A stretch of DNA of 64,000 bases, from assembly GCA_002269645.1 (NCBI GenBank), contig NIVC01002986.1, positions 1-64,000 of the forward strand, read 5' to 3'. Numbering within the stretch: position 1 is the first letter of the stretch; every line of letters begins with the position of its first letter. The stretch is from Macrostomum lignano. Lineage: Eukaryota. The position numbers and the translations under genes were made by a program. Below, in pieces: positions 49,201 through 61,300 of the stretch. The notes beneath the pieces are model-generated. The model made no database searches, was not told the origin of the DNA, and saw only the letters and a list, made by a program, of their open reading frames with translations.

Positions 49201-50552
49201 AGAGACAGCTAGGGGTGCCCACCAAGAGACAGGGGTGCCCACCAAGAGACAGTGGCGCCCACCAAGAGACAGGGGCGCCCACCAAGAGACAGGGGTGCCC
49301 ACCAAGAGACAGCTAGGGGTGCCCACCAAGAGACAGCTAGGGGTGCCCACCAAGAGACAGGGGTGCCCACCAAGAGACAGCTAGGGGTGCCCACCAAGAG
49401 ACAGGGGTGCCCACCAAGAGACAGTGGCGCCCACCAAGAGACAGGGGCGCCCACCAAGAGACAGGGGTGCCCACCAAGAGACAGCTAGGGGTGCCCACCA
49501 AGAGACAGGGGTGCCCACCAAGAGACAGGGGTGCCCACCAAGAGACAGCTAGGGGTGCCCACCAAGAGACAGCTAGGGGTGCCCACCAAGAGACAGGGGT
49601 GCCCACCAAGAGACAGTGGCGCCCACCAAGAGACAGGGGCGCCCACCAAGAGACGGGCGCCCACCAAGAGACAGTGGCGCCCACCAAGAGACAGGGGCGC
49701 CCACCAAGAGACAGGGGTGCCCACCAAGAGACAGTGGCACCCACCAAAAGACAGTGGCACCCACAAAGAGACAGGGGTGCCCACCAAGAGACAGTGGCGC
49801 CCACCAAGAGACAGGGGCGCCCACCAAGAGACAGGGGTGCCCACCAAGAGACAGTGGCACCCACCAAAAGACAGTGGCACCCACCAAGAGACAGTGGCAC
49901 CCACCAAAAGACAGTGGCACCCACAAAGAGACAGTGGCGCCCACCAAGAGACAGGGGCGCCCACCAAGAGACAGGGGTGCCCACCAAGAGACAGCTAGGG
50001 GTGCCCACCAAGAGACAGTGGCGCCCACCAAGAGACAGGGGCGCCCACCAAGAGATAGGGGTGCCCACCAAGAGACAGTGGCGCCCACCAAGAGACAGGG
50101 GCGCCCACCAAGAGACAGGGGTGCCCACCAAGAGACAGGGGAGCCCACCAAGAGACAGGGGTGCCCTCCAAGAGACAGGGGTGCCCTCCAAGAGATAGGG
50201 GTGCCCTCCAAGAGATAGGGGTGCCCTCCAAGAGACAGGGGAGCCCTCCAAGAGACAGGGGTGCCCACCAAGAGACAGCTAGGGGTGCCCACCAAGAGAC
50301 AGGGGTGCCCACCAAGAGACAGCTAGGGGTGCCCACCAAGAGACAGGGGTGCCCACCAAGAGACAGCTAGGGGTGCCCACCAAGAGACAGGGGTGCCCAC
50401 CAAGAGACAGCTAGGGGTGCCCACCAAGAGACCGGGGTGCCCACCAAGAGACAGCTAGGGGTGCCCACCAAGAGACAGGGGTGCCCACCAAGAGACAGCT
50501 AGGGGTGCCCACCAAGAGACCGGGGTGCCCACCAAGAGACAGTGGCGCTTAC
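43225..50552. repeat. 7.3-kb satellite of 20-bp units (caccaagagacaggggtgcc) with 24- and 26-bp variants and higher-order duplications
   Basis: Variant units carry a GCTA (24 bp) or ACTATA (26 bp) insertion after gagaca. Identical ORF-track entries recur at a 1038-bp offset (46050/47088, 46253/47291) and a 718-bp offset (44328/45046). Confidence 0.99.
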
Positions 50553-52364
50553 CAAGCCAGCAAACATCGGCGCCTTTAGAGTTTCGGCCCCATCCAGTAA
50601 ATTACATTCCTGGGACGAAACTCAACTGATATCTTCACTAGAGCGTCATAAAGGTTTTAAGAAGGCTTCTAAAGTGAAACAGTAATTATCTTTATTACCT
50701 TCAGTTCTTCAGTTCTTCAGTCTTCAGTTCATAAAAGCTGAAACTTTCCGGGTACGCGTAAAGCCATGCAACTTCAAAAGCATCGTTGAGTGACGAAATC
50801 TTTGCGTGAATTAGTCACGCACTGCTCAGTGCCGAGCGAGCAACGCTAATTACTGCTTAAAACCCAAACGATTTCCTTAGTTCAAAGCAATTCAGCTTGC
50901 ATTCTAGACTTTTTATAGGCGTTTCATGAGACACAATGAGGTCGTAAATGGATTTCGACTTTGTAATTGTTCGCTATATAAAAAGTACTTAGAAGCTGAA
51001 TATGACTAGAGGATTAGAGAGGATTATAGATCAATATCTTAATGTACTTTGCGTTAGCGAGGTCACCCACTGACATCATCAGAGGTAAAAATAAATCGAC
51101 AAATAATCAAGAAGATCCCAAAAGCGTACAATTTCTTTTCAGCAAATGTTGTAGTAGTAGAGCCGTGGCTAAATACCATTCACCCTTGAAGTTCAAGTGA
51201 CGGCAGGCAGTTCTACTTGAAGCAAATATATGTAAAAAATATCGCAAAACAGCAGAGAAACAGGCAGAGTACATACTGTATTTAGCCAAACCAACACTTG
51301 ACGGTAAGAAATTTTAAACAAATAAACTCATCCATCTATAGCAGAAATGTTTAGCTATTGGGCGCTTATATAAAATGAAAACAAAAGTTTAACTTTATTA
51401 ACAGAATATACATAATGTATTAGTAGATAATATTATGCAAAGTCTCCAGCAGCATAAAGTGCTTTCTTTAGCCGACTATTTTGTACACATTTTTACACCT
51501 GTATTTATGCGGGAACTGACTAATTAGGAAGCAGCCGCGATCACGGGAAAGACAGAATATTTGTGTTGAAATTTTCAAATCGAACGCGTACGCAAAACAA
51601 AATGAAAAAAAAAACAAAACTCCGAGCAATCTTCTCTCTAATTGAGCTTTGAGAACTATACTCATAGGTTGCGTGCAAATATTGACTTGTTGACTTGAGA
51701 CATCGGAGCATCTTAATGCAATATGCTTTACTTGATAAACGAAACAATCATGCATTGCTTGGCACCACAGTAAGTACATTTAATGTTTGGTACATATTGT
51801 AGGAACAGGAATATGAGATCATCTCTCGCACGATATTAAGCGTTTGAAAGAATCTATTTTTCTTATTCCTGCCTTTATTGCTACAGATTTTCTATAGAAT
51901 AAATCAAACTTTTTACTCCCACTGACGACAATTGTTTCAAAAACTTCGTTGATTATAACCTTTCTTTGATAGGTAATATTTTAAATATAGCAATTATTTG
52001 GGCAATTAGAAATACTAAACTAAGTACGCTACTAGTAGTAATACTACTGGCGCACTTGGTAGAGGTGCAGTGGGTTTGATATACTGCCTGCTATTAGGGG
52101 AGAGAGAAAGCAACAATAGTAAGGACTGAGTATAGGGATCAACGCTTTTTGAAAGACTTCCATTGTTTCTTCATTTTTTATGGAATTTTCCATAATTCCA
52201 TGGGATAACGCTTTCACCTCTTAGGAAAGTTAATTTTTTTGACCAACCTGCCCAACACTGTAAACCGTATATGAATTCAGAAATACTGTCAATAGACAAT
52301 AATACTATTCATGATCGCAATCTTGTACTGTTAGTAGACTAAGCTGGAAATATACGCCTTTTCT

Positions 52365-55300
52365 TCAAGCCGGCCCGTCGTGCCGGTGCTCGGATTTCAA
52401 TCGGACAAATTCGGCCGCCACTTCGTCGTTGGGTCGCTGCGACAGAATCCTGAGCACCGTCCAGCCGATCTCGTTGATGTGCAGCTTCCGGCCCAGGCCG
52501 CACCAGCAGGAGCAGCTGCCCTGCTCGATAATGTCGCGAATCTGCAGCACCGTGACGCCGATCAGGTGGTCCTCGCGGGCGAAGCAATAGTCTTTGCAGC
52601 TCAGCTGCAGCTCGTAGGCTTCTGGCTCCTCCGCTGAACCAATCAGGCTGGGCGGATGTGCGATGGTGAAAAATACAGTGTATAGTGATAATAGTAGCGA
52701 CAGGCACAAGTCAGAAGAGTGACACACCTGAGACAGTCGGGAATGACACAAGTCAGGATAATGACACACCTGAGACAGTCAGGACTGTCACAAGTCAGAA
52801 GAATGACACACCTGAGACAGTCGGGACTGTCACAAGTCAGAAGAATGACACACCTGAGACAGTCGGGACTGTCACAAGTCAGAAGAATGACACACCTGAG
52901 ACAGTCAGGACTGTCACAAGTCAGAAGAATGACACACTTGAGACAGTCAGGACTGTCACAAGTCAGAAGAATGACACACCTGGGACAGTCGGGACTGTCA
53001 CAAGTCAGAAGAATGACACACTTGAGACAGACAGGACTGTCAAAAGTCAGAAGAGTGACACATCTGAGACAGTCGAGACTGTCACAAGTCAGAAGAATGA
53101 CACACCTGAGACAGTCAGGACTGTCACAAGTCAGAAGAATGACACACTTGAGACAGTCAGGACTGTCACAAGTCAGAAGAATGACACACCTGGGACAGTC
53201 GGGACTGTCACAAGTCAGAAGAATGACACACTTGAGACAGACAGGACTGTCAAAAGTCAGAAGAGTGACACATCTGAGACAGTCGAGACTGTCACAAGTC
53301 AGAAGAATGACACACCTGAGACAGTCAGGACTGTCACAAGTCAGAAGAATGACACACCTGGGACAGTCGGGACTGTCACAAGTCAGAAGAATGACACACT
53401 TGAGACAGACAGAACAGTCACTACACGAAATGACTGGCATTTCAAACTCACAAGCTAAACGATTCGTTGTACTTTGGCGACGTTGTGCCGCTCTTGGATT
53501 TAGTTGCAAACTTTCGCTTCTTGCCAGTCAATTTCGGCCCGATCAGATTGACTTCAACGAACGGACGAAACATTGATACGTTTTTCCATTTCAGTTTGCT
53601 GGCCAGAATAATTTTCACATTCACTTTCACGTCTCCAGTGCCGGGATGGCGGAACAGATCGATTTGAACGGACACTTCGCCAACCTGGTCTTCGGTTGCA
53701 GGTTTGTCTGCAATAATCATATTCGAACATATCTTTGGTTTGTATTGTCGCTTTCCTGGGTACTTAGGTCTTAAACAAATGTGGCTTTGCTGTATCAATA
53801 CTAGTCCCAAGTCTGAGAGAAAGAGTGATTCTTTTAATTACAAAATGCGACTAACCTTGACAGTTTTGCGTAGCAACGAAAGTTTTAATCAACGAGTCGG
53901 TCGACTGCGAATACAACGACAGAGCGTGTCGCAGCGACTGCAACTCGGTGCTCTTCTCCAAATAGGCCATCTTCAGGCCGTTGCCGCCGGCGTGAAAATA
54001 CTGCCGAATGGTTTCCAGGGCGATGAGAATGACGCCGCACTGTCTGGGCGTCATTGTCTTGGCCTCGGTGTCTTTCGACAGGGTGTCCTTTGAAGAAGGT
54101 TTTTATAAAGAGATTTTCCGTGTTTAAGAAGAATCTTCACAATCAAACTAAGTAACCGTTAAAACCATACCTGCAACAGGTGCGAAACATTGGATATATT
54201 CGGCACACTGACATTCGAGGAAATGTTGGAGATGTTGCTTAGCAGGCCGTGGCTCACGCCGGACACTGACGCTTTTGACGAAATTGACAGCGTTGAAAAC
54301 AGCTGTAAATTTAACAGAAAATACTTGAGATGAAAATTGAAATTAATTTAGTACTCAGGAGTTTGAAAACTGAGCAGAATTTTTGTCAGCGCTGGGGTGG
54401 GACGATGTCGCTTATAATCTTTCAAAGAATATTTATGAATACTAAACATTAATGAATCACATTACGCTCGTAAATACCTGTCTCGGATCGCTCACAGGCG
54501 GTAGCACGACTCGTTTCTCAAGATTGCTGATAGTTAATCGCCAGACCTCTCTAAGCAGCCTCTTCAAGATGGCTTTCTCACACTCGGAGGCGAATAGCGA
54601 CAGCTCGGCGTCTAGTAGCTCCATCAACGGTCTCAGCACAGCGTCAGCCTCCTCCGCTTGAGCAGCGGCAGTTGCGGCAGCTGCCGCCGATGTTGTGGCA
54701 CCCGAAGGCTGCGGACCCTGCAAAGAGAATCGAGTGTGCAGTAGACGTCTGTTGAGTTGATGTTTAACAGATTGGAGACAACCAAACTACTTGTACGAGC
54801 GTAGAAGGGCGCAACACACACCCTCAATTACCCTCAACTAATGCTGGCACCAGTTTTACAGCTGAGTGAACTGAAGCAACGCTAAATTCAACAGTTAAAA
54901 GCTAGCAAGCAATCGCTCGCATTTACCTTGACAACTCGATGCAGCAATCTGCCAACCTCGTTAACCACTTCCACAATGGCCGCCTCCTGGGAAGCCACAA
55001 ACCGGGCTGCAAGATTATCCAAAGCTGCATTCAATTCGTCCTGCAGATTCTGCAGATAGTCTTGCGTCTCCTGCTGCATCGCTGTACCGCCCATTGCTTC
55101 GTACAGCTTCTCAAGTTGTACTCTGGCCTGCTGGATGTTGTTCATAAGTACGCACGCCTTCTGCGGCTTGTCAGTAAAACTTCCGTAGTCTTTAGCAACA
55201 ATATCGGCGTACGCGAATAGCACCTTGGCTACTGTGCGGCTAAACCGACTTAGGAACGTGGCTTCAACCTCGGGGTCTGGACATTCCAACTTTTTGACAA

Positions 55301-58300
55301 CATCTAAACACTGGTTGAGATGAGTGAAGATGTCAACTACGGAGGTGCTGAACAGGGCGTGTTCAGAGGACTTCTGGAAATTGTCCTTCCTGTCCCGGGC
55401 ATAGGCGCTATGCAGATACTCCATGGAGACTTCGTCATTTTCACTGAGCCAACGGAGTACAAACTGTTCGAACCAGCGTGGATAGTCCGGCACTGAGCCT
55501 TTGTGCGCCGGCGCATCCGCGACGTACTTGTTGTAAAACCACTTGATCTGTTGGGTGTTGAGAGATCGGCAAAGCAGCCTTAAGCTTCGCAAAACTTTGA
55601 AATGATTCAGCAAACAAAATTTTTATTTAGCTGTGTCAATTTTGAATTCAAGTTTTTCGAGATGTCCTGCTGCGATCTTTACATCTATAATGTTGTCTAA
55701 CAACATAAAACTACTTTTTAACACATGAAGGGGAGAAATTCTTTACAAACTCTTTTCTCGCTACTCATCAGTAAGCGACTTGAATAAACTACTAGATTTA
55801 AATCTGGATTTTGGCCTATATTATGATATGGACAGTTTCTGATGAACAATGCGTATCATTGAGTTTAGCCCAAGGTCAGGTCACTGCATTCAGTGAATCA
55901 GAACATTGTCTGTGCCAACAACCCGATTTTGTACAAAGCTTTCTAAGAAACATACAAATCCCTTTGGTTATTTCCAAGCTGATTGAGCAAACAATACAGT
56001 TTTTAGACTTAAAAGGTCTTCACAACATGGGTGCCTGAAATAAAACTTTGACCACTCACCTTAAACAGCAGATTCATATAGTCGGACATTTTCACGGTTG
56101 GCTTCTCGCTATGCTCCTGCAGTGCCAGTTGAACATCCTGACTAAAGTGGCTCCACATCGATGACGCACTCAACTGTCCAATGTTGACATCCAGCTGCAG
56201 AGATGACAGCACAGGCGTGTAATTGACTCGATCCTCCTCGATCACCGACACCATCAGTTCAACTAGGCGATGCCAAAACTCCAGACCGTCTGGCGACTGG
56301 CGATCGACGTCGTTTGACTGCAGTTCGTTGCAGTTGTCGAACAGGAACTGATAAGTTGTCTTCATGCAGTTAAGGGCGCATTCCTTCAGCACGGTGGCAG
56401 CACGTGGAGCACTGCTGAGATTCTGGACCTGCGGAGAAATGATATCATATTCGCACGATATTCGCACGAGGACTTTGCGGCACCCTGACAAAACGCCCTC
56501 AGTGACATCGGCTCAAAACCAGAGCTGAGGGCAATTCTGCCCATTCCGCTCATACACACGAGGTTTGGGGGGGGGTTGTCCTCAATGGCTGCGAATTGGG
56601 CTGCGCACGGAATCGAACCCGGGGTCATAGGGTGAGAGTCAAATGCATCTACCGCGGAGTTGCTTCTGTATACTGTACAAACTGTTCACAGAAGCGTGCA
56701 CTTATAAGAGAAAAGTACAAACCTTTAATCGAAAAAATGTAATACTAGTCAGCAGGTCCACAGTGCACTTCATGTCGTGCAGTCGTTCCGGCTGCGACGC
56801 CGGAAACGAATTCCTGTACACGGCCAGACTGATGCGCAGCGAATTGTGCAGCTGGTCCAGCAGCTTCACGAACTTCTCTTTGCCGAAGTTGGACGCCGCA
56901 AATCGATCGCCGGCGCTCACCGCGTTCGACGTGGCGTTGTGCGCGTAGTAAGAATTGATGTGCGCAAGAAGGTTGGACATCACCTCCGGTACGCCTCGAC
57001 ACATGGACTTTGTGGTTAGGCAGGAAAAGTGTCTGGAATGCGTTGGAAATATATTGCGTTTGATCAGTGGTGTACATAGGGGATTTATTTTCCGGGGGGA
57101 TGCAACAGTGTGCCAATTGGTGCTCGTCCCCTGTCTCTCGGTGGCCGCCCCTGTCTCTTGGTAGGCGCCTCTGTCTCTCGGTGGGCGCCCCTGTCTCTTG
57201 GTGAGCGCCCCTGTCTCTTGGTAGGCGCCCCTGTCTCTTGGTGAGCGCCCCTGTCTCTTGGTAGGCGCCCCTGTCTCTTGGTAGGCGCCCCTGTCTCTTG
57301 GTAGGCGCCCCTGTCTCTTGGTAGGCGCCCTGTCTCTTGGTGGGCGCCCTGTCTCTTGGTGGGCGCCCTGTCTCTTGGTGGGCGCCCCTGTCTCTTAGTG
57401 GGCGCCCCTGTCTCTTGGTAGGCGCCCTGTCTCTTGGTAGGCGCCACTGTCTCTTGGTAGGCGCCCCTGTCTCTTGGTAGGCGCTACTGTCTCTTGGTAG
57501 GCGCCCTGTCTCTTGGTAGGCGCCCTGTCTCTTGGTGGGCGCCCCTGTCTCTTGGTGAGCGCCCCTGTCTCTTGGTGGGCGCCCCTGTCTCTTGGTAGGC
57601 GTCTCTGTCTCTTGGTGGGCGCCCCTGTCTCTTGGTGAGCGCCCCTGTCTCTTGGTAGGCGCCCCTGTCTCTTGGTAGGCGCCCTGTCTCTTGGTGGGCG
57701 CCCTGTCTCTTGGTGGGCGCCCCTGTCTCTTAGTGGGCGCCCCTGTCTCTTGGTAGGCGCCCCTGTCTCTTGGTAGGCGCTACTGTCTCTTGGTAGGCGC
57801 CCTGTCTCTTGGTAGGCGCCCTGTCTCTTGGTGGGCGCCCCTGTCTCTTGGTGAGCGCCCCTGTCTCTTGGTAGGCGCCCCTGTCTCTTGGTAGGCGCCC
57901 TGTCTCTTGGTGGGCGCCCCTGTCTCTTGGTAGGCGCCCTGTCTCTTGGTGGGCGCCCCTGTCTCTTGGTGGGCGTCCCTGTCTCTAGGTGAGCGCCCCT
58001 GTCTCTTGGTGGGCGCCCCTGTCTCTTGGTAGGCGCCCCTGTCTCTTGGTAGGCGCCCCTGTCTCTTAGTAGGCGCCCCTGTCTCTTGGTAGGCGCCACT
58101 GTCTCTTGGTAGGCGCCCTGTCTCTTGGTAGGCGCCACTGTCTCTTGGTAGGCGCCCCTGTCTCTTGGTAGGCGCCACTGTCTCTTGGTAGGCGCCCCTG
58201 TCTCTTGGTAGGCGCCACTGTCTCTTGGTAGGCGCCCCTGTCTCTTAGTAGGCGCCCCTGTCTCTTGGTAGGCGCCCCCACCATCTTGGTGCCTGCCGCC

Positions 58301-61300
58301 TCTCTGGCTGCGGGTTTCGACTATGAACTCAATGAGACTGGTTACCCGTAAGCCGACATAGCCTGAGAAATCTCGTACCCAATAGCATTCGACCGATTTA
58401 TTCCCCGGGAGGCAGACTGCTGTGCAGGCAGCAGGAGTTGAGCTGTGTTGATTTATGCGTGCGCCAGATTTGCAGAACAAATTTTGCATACAATTCAGCA
58501 AACAGAAGCTGCTAGAAATGTTACTGGTAAATTCTTCTTGTCTAGAAGAAGAGCGACTAGTGTAGAACCCCCCCCCCCTAAGCCGATGCTTAACTGTCAG
58601 TTGGATCGGGGGGAACAGACATTTCTGAGCAACAGAGCCCAGCAGCAGTTCGTTTGAGTTGGCGCCGTGACGGACTTTTGCCTTTGCCAATCCAATAGAG
58701 AATTGCTGGGATGCAGCTTCCAGCCTAAAAGAGAGAAATGCTATCTCGAAGGCAAGGCAAGGAGAAGAGAGAGAACGGCGAGAAGGCTGTTGGAGAAAGA
58801 TTTGCTGAATGATGAATAGCATTTCACTGCCCTCTTCGAGCCAGCATTAACGGCTTTGGGAAGTCAGAAGTTGGGAAATTTTCAGATGATGCGAAGAAAG
58901 AGGTAAGATCCTGCTGAGTCTAAAATAGTAGCCTCGTCTCGTTCTCAAACTGCCTCTTTTCAAAGCAGATTGCTGTAAAACTCTAAGCATGAAAAAGACT
59001 AGGGCGAAGACGTAGGGTACTCTATTATAAAAAGGTCTTGACGCACCTGTTAGGCTGCTTCCTGGGAATCCCAATCGGGGCTTGTAATTTGTCTCAACTC
59101 GCGGGAATAGCAAATTTAGGCGGCTGAGATTCAAGGGAAATGTTCTCAGGGAATTCCATCCTCTTATGGAAGCTCTTTCCGAACTTCAGAAACTTATTAT
59201 TAAATATTTTTGACTCGATGGAAAAGGAGGGACACGAATGGTATACATGGTTGGAACGAAATGAAAGACCACGACACCTGGTTCGATCCGCGGTCATTTA
59301 GGCTCTTGCCGAAAATTGATCCCCAAGGCGCATAGAGTGTACATGCCTTACGATTAGAAAGTCAATGGTCTGCTGTACATCCTGTTTACATTTTCAGGGG
59401 GCGTTCCATAATCTGATATCACATCGCTAAAGGCAGGCTCTTACGCGACCCAGTGGTTAAAACTTTATATCGTCAAAAAGTCTTACTGAAAATTTGAGCT
59501 TTTGAAAGTGCTATCTGTAGTCAGGAAGCTTTAGACTAACTTTAAAACTATTCTGCTATCTATGGTTTTGTTTGCTGAGAAACATATGAAGCCTTATTAC
59601 TCAAATATCCGTACTTACTTTACAGTGTATTAAGCCTATAGTCTTAGTTACTCTTAGTTCTATAGTAAGTACTATAGTAACAGGGGTTGTAGCCTAGTGG
59701 TTAGAGTAGTTAGAAAGTCGGACTCACGACTGAAAGGTGGGGGGGGTTCGATTTTAGACCTACTCTGTACAATTTGTGTCCTTGACCTAGGCACTTAACT
59801 CTGCGTTGCTTCAGTTCACCCAGCTGTAAAATGGGTGCCAGCATTAACCTCCCAGTCCTTGGACTGAACAGCCGTACGCAGCCTTCAGATGCGCCGCGCA
59901 ATAGCTGCGGCTGAGCTGTCGGTTGCACATCTGCCCATTAGGGCAGGTGTAACCAATTATGATTATTAATATTATCTGTAGTCTTAGTTTTATATACTTA
60001 CGTCATCGCCCTGTAGATGTTTTCAATGCCGTATCGCATCGCGAACTCGTCCGTGATCTCTTGCATAGTGGGCAAAAAGTAGATTTTCCATGCGTTTTCG
60101 CCCTTCACCTTCGGTAGTTGGACTTCGTCTTCGCAGCCTGACTTTTTCGACGACTCGCACATATAGTGAAATATGTTCTGCACGTTCAGAAAATAGGAAA
60201 GCCGTGAATTAAATTCAGCTTGTAGAGTGAGCAGTACGACGCGTTATGCACTGTCAACTTTTAAGATATTCCAACTCACCTCATGCAGGCAAGTGTACTG
60301 AACGTGATACGGGGCCACCTTTTCTTCACCCTTGATCTCTACGCTGATGTGGAGTCGAATCGCGCCTGAGACCATGGACTTGTCCGTTCGCTTTTCTGTA
60401 ATTAATTTTTTCCAAGTTTCTTTACAATCCATTTTATGTGAAAGCATATTGCTAGAAGTTCAGTTACGGTAAAGATTCGATACGTACCAGTAAACAATTT
60501 TAGTACCACAAAACTTAACTAAAAAAGAGGATTTTACCGTTTTCGAGCTGGTATTTTACACAACAACGCGTTTACAACAAAACATGCATTTAGCTGTGAG
60601 GTTTATTATTCACTTAAAGGTACAACGGTATACAAATAGTTAACATTCGATGTGATAATTGGATATTTCATTGGGCAATACCACTTTTTATTACTAAATA
60701 TTTTAGTCTGAAAACTAAATTTTGTGCATTTTGTTTAATTGTCAGCCGTAGTAATGTGGATTTAATATTTTGTTTAAATGTTTTTCCGTTAGTGAAAGCT
60801 TGCATTAGAAAGGTAAATAATGATTATTAATGATAGTACCGTCGGTGCCAAATGACTGGGGAGGCCGTGGCACCTACCAAGGTTGTACCAGACATCCATT
60901 TGGCCCGATAATTTATTAACATCGATCATTGTCTGGCCCAAAAAGTCGTCAGACTCTGAGGTCAACTTTGATCGAATACGGGATCTCAAGTCATTGTCTT
61001 CGTCCCTGCGACAATAGTAGTGTTAAATGGAAACTCAGCCATTTAGTCGGGTTAAAACAAAACAAACTAAAAGCTAGAGCAATCCGAGAAGTCAACGAGT
61101 TAATATTATACTTTGGGTTGGTACACTTGAACATAAAAAAATTAATCGATTTTTTTATTCACTAAACCAGCTAGAAAACTATTTTTATACTGGATAGTTA
61201 AACTTACTAACTAAACCATGGGGAGTACGAATTACAACACGGTAACACGTCCACGACCTACATTTGACCGGATAGTTGCTATTTGCTATTTCAAGAGTAC

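Noticed and set aside
43287-50370. About 90 overlapping ORFs ([20 protein letters not shown] / [20 protein letters not shown])
   Set aside because: These are by-products of a mostly stop-free 20-bp satellite that is open in several frames on both strands. There is no start context, splice structure or domain.
43225-50552. CRISPR-like appearance of regularly spaced repeats
   Set aside because: There are no unique spacers (units are contiguous), no cas genes, and the context is eukaryotic with spliceosomal introns.
52643-53576. 250-290 aa repeat ORFs on both strands ([14 protein letters not shown] etc.)
   Set aside because: A 42-bp unit is a multiple of 3, so several frames stay open. The region is a defined GT-AG intron of unc-13.
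57395-58822. 475-aa minus-strand ORF
   Set aside because: Mostly the 20-bp satellite plus unrecognisable intronic sequence, lying within an unc-13 intron.
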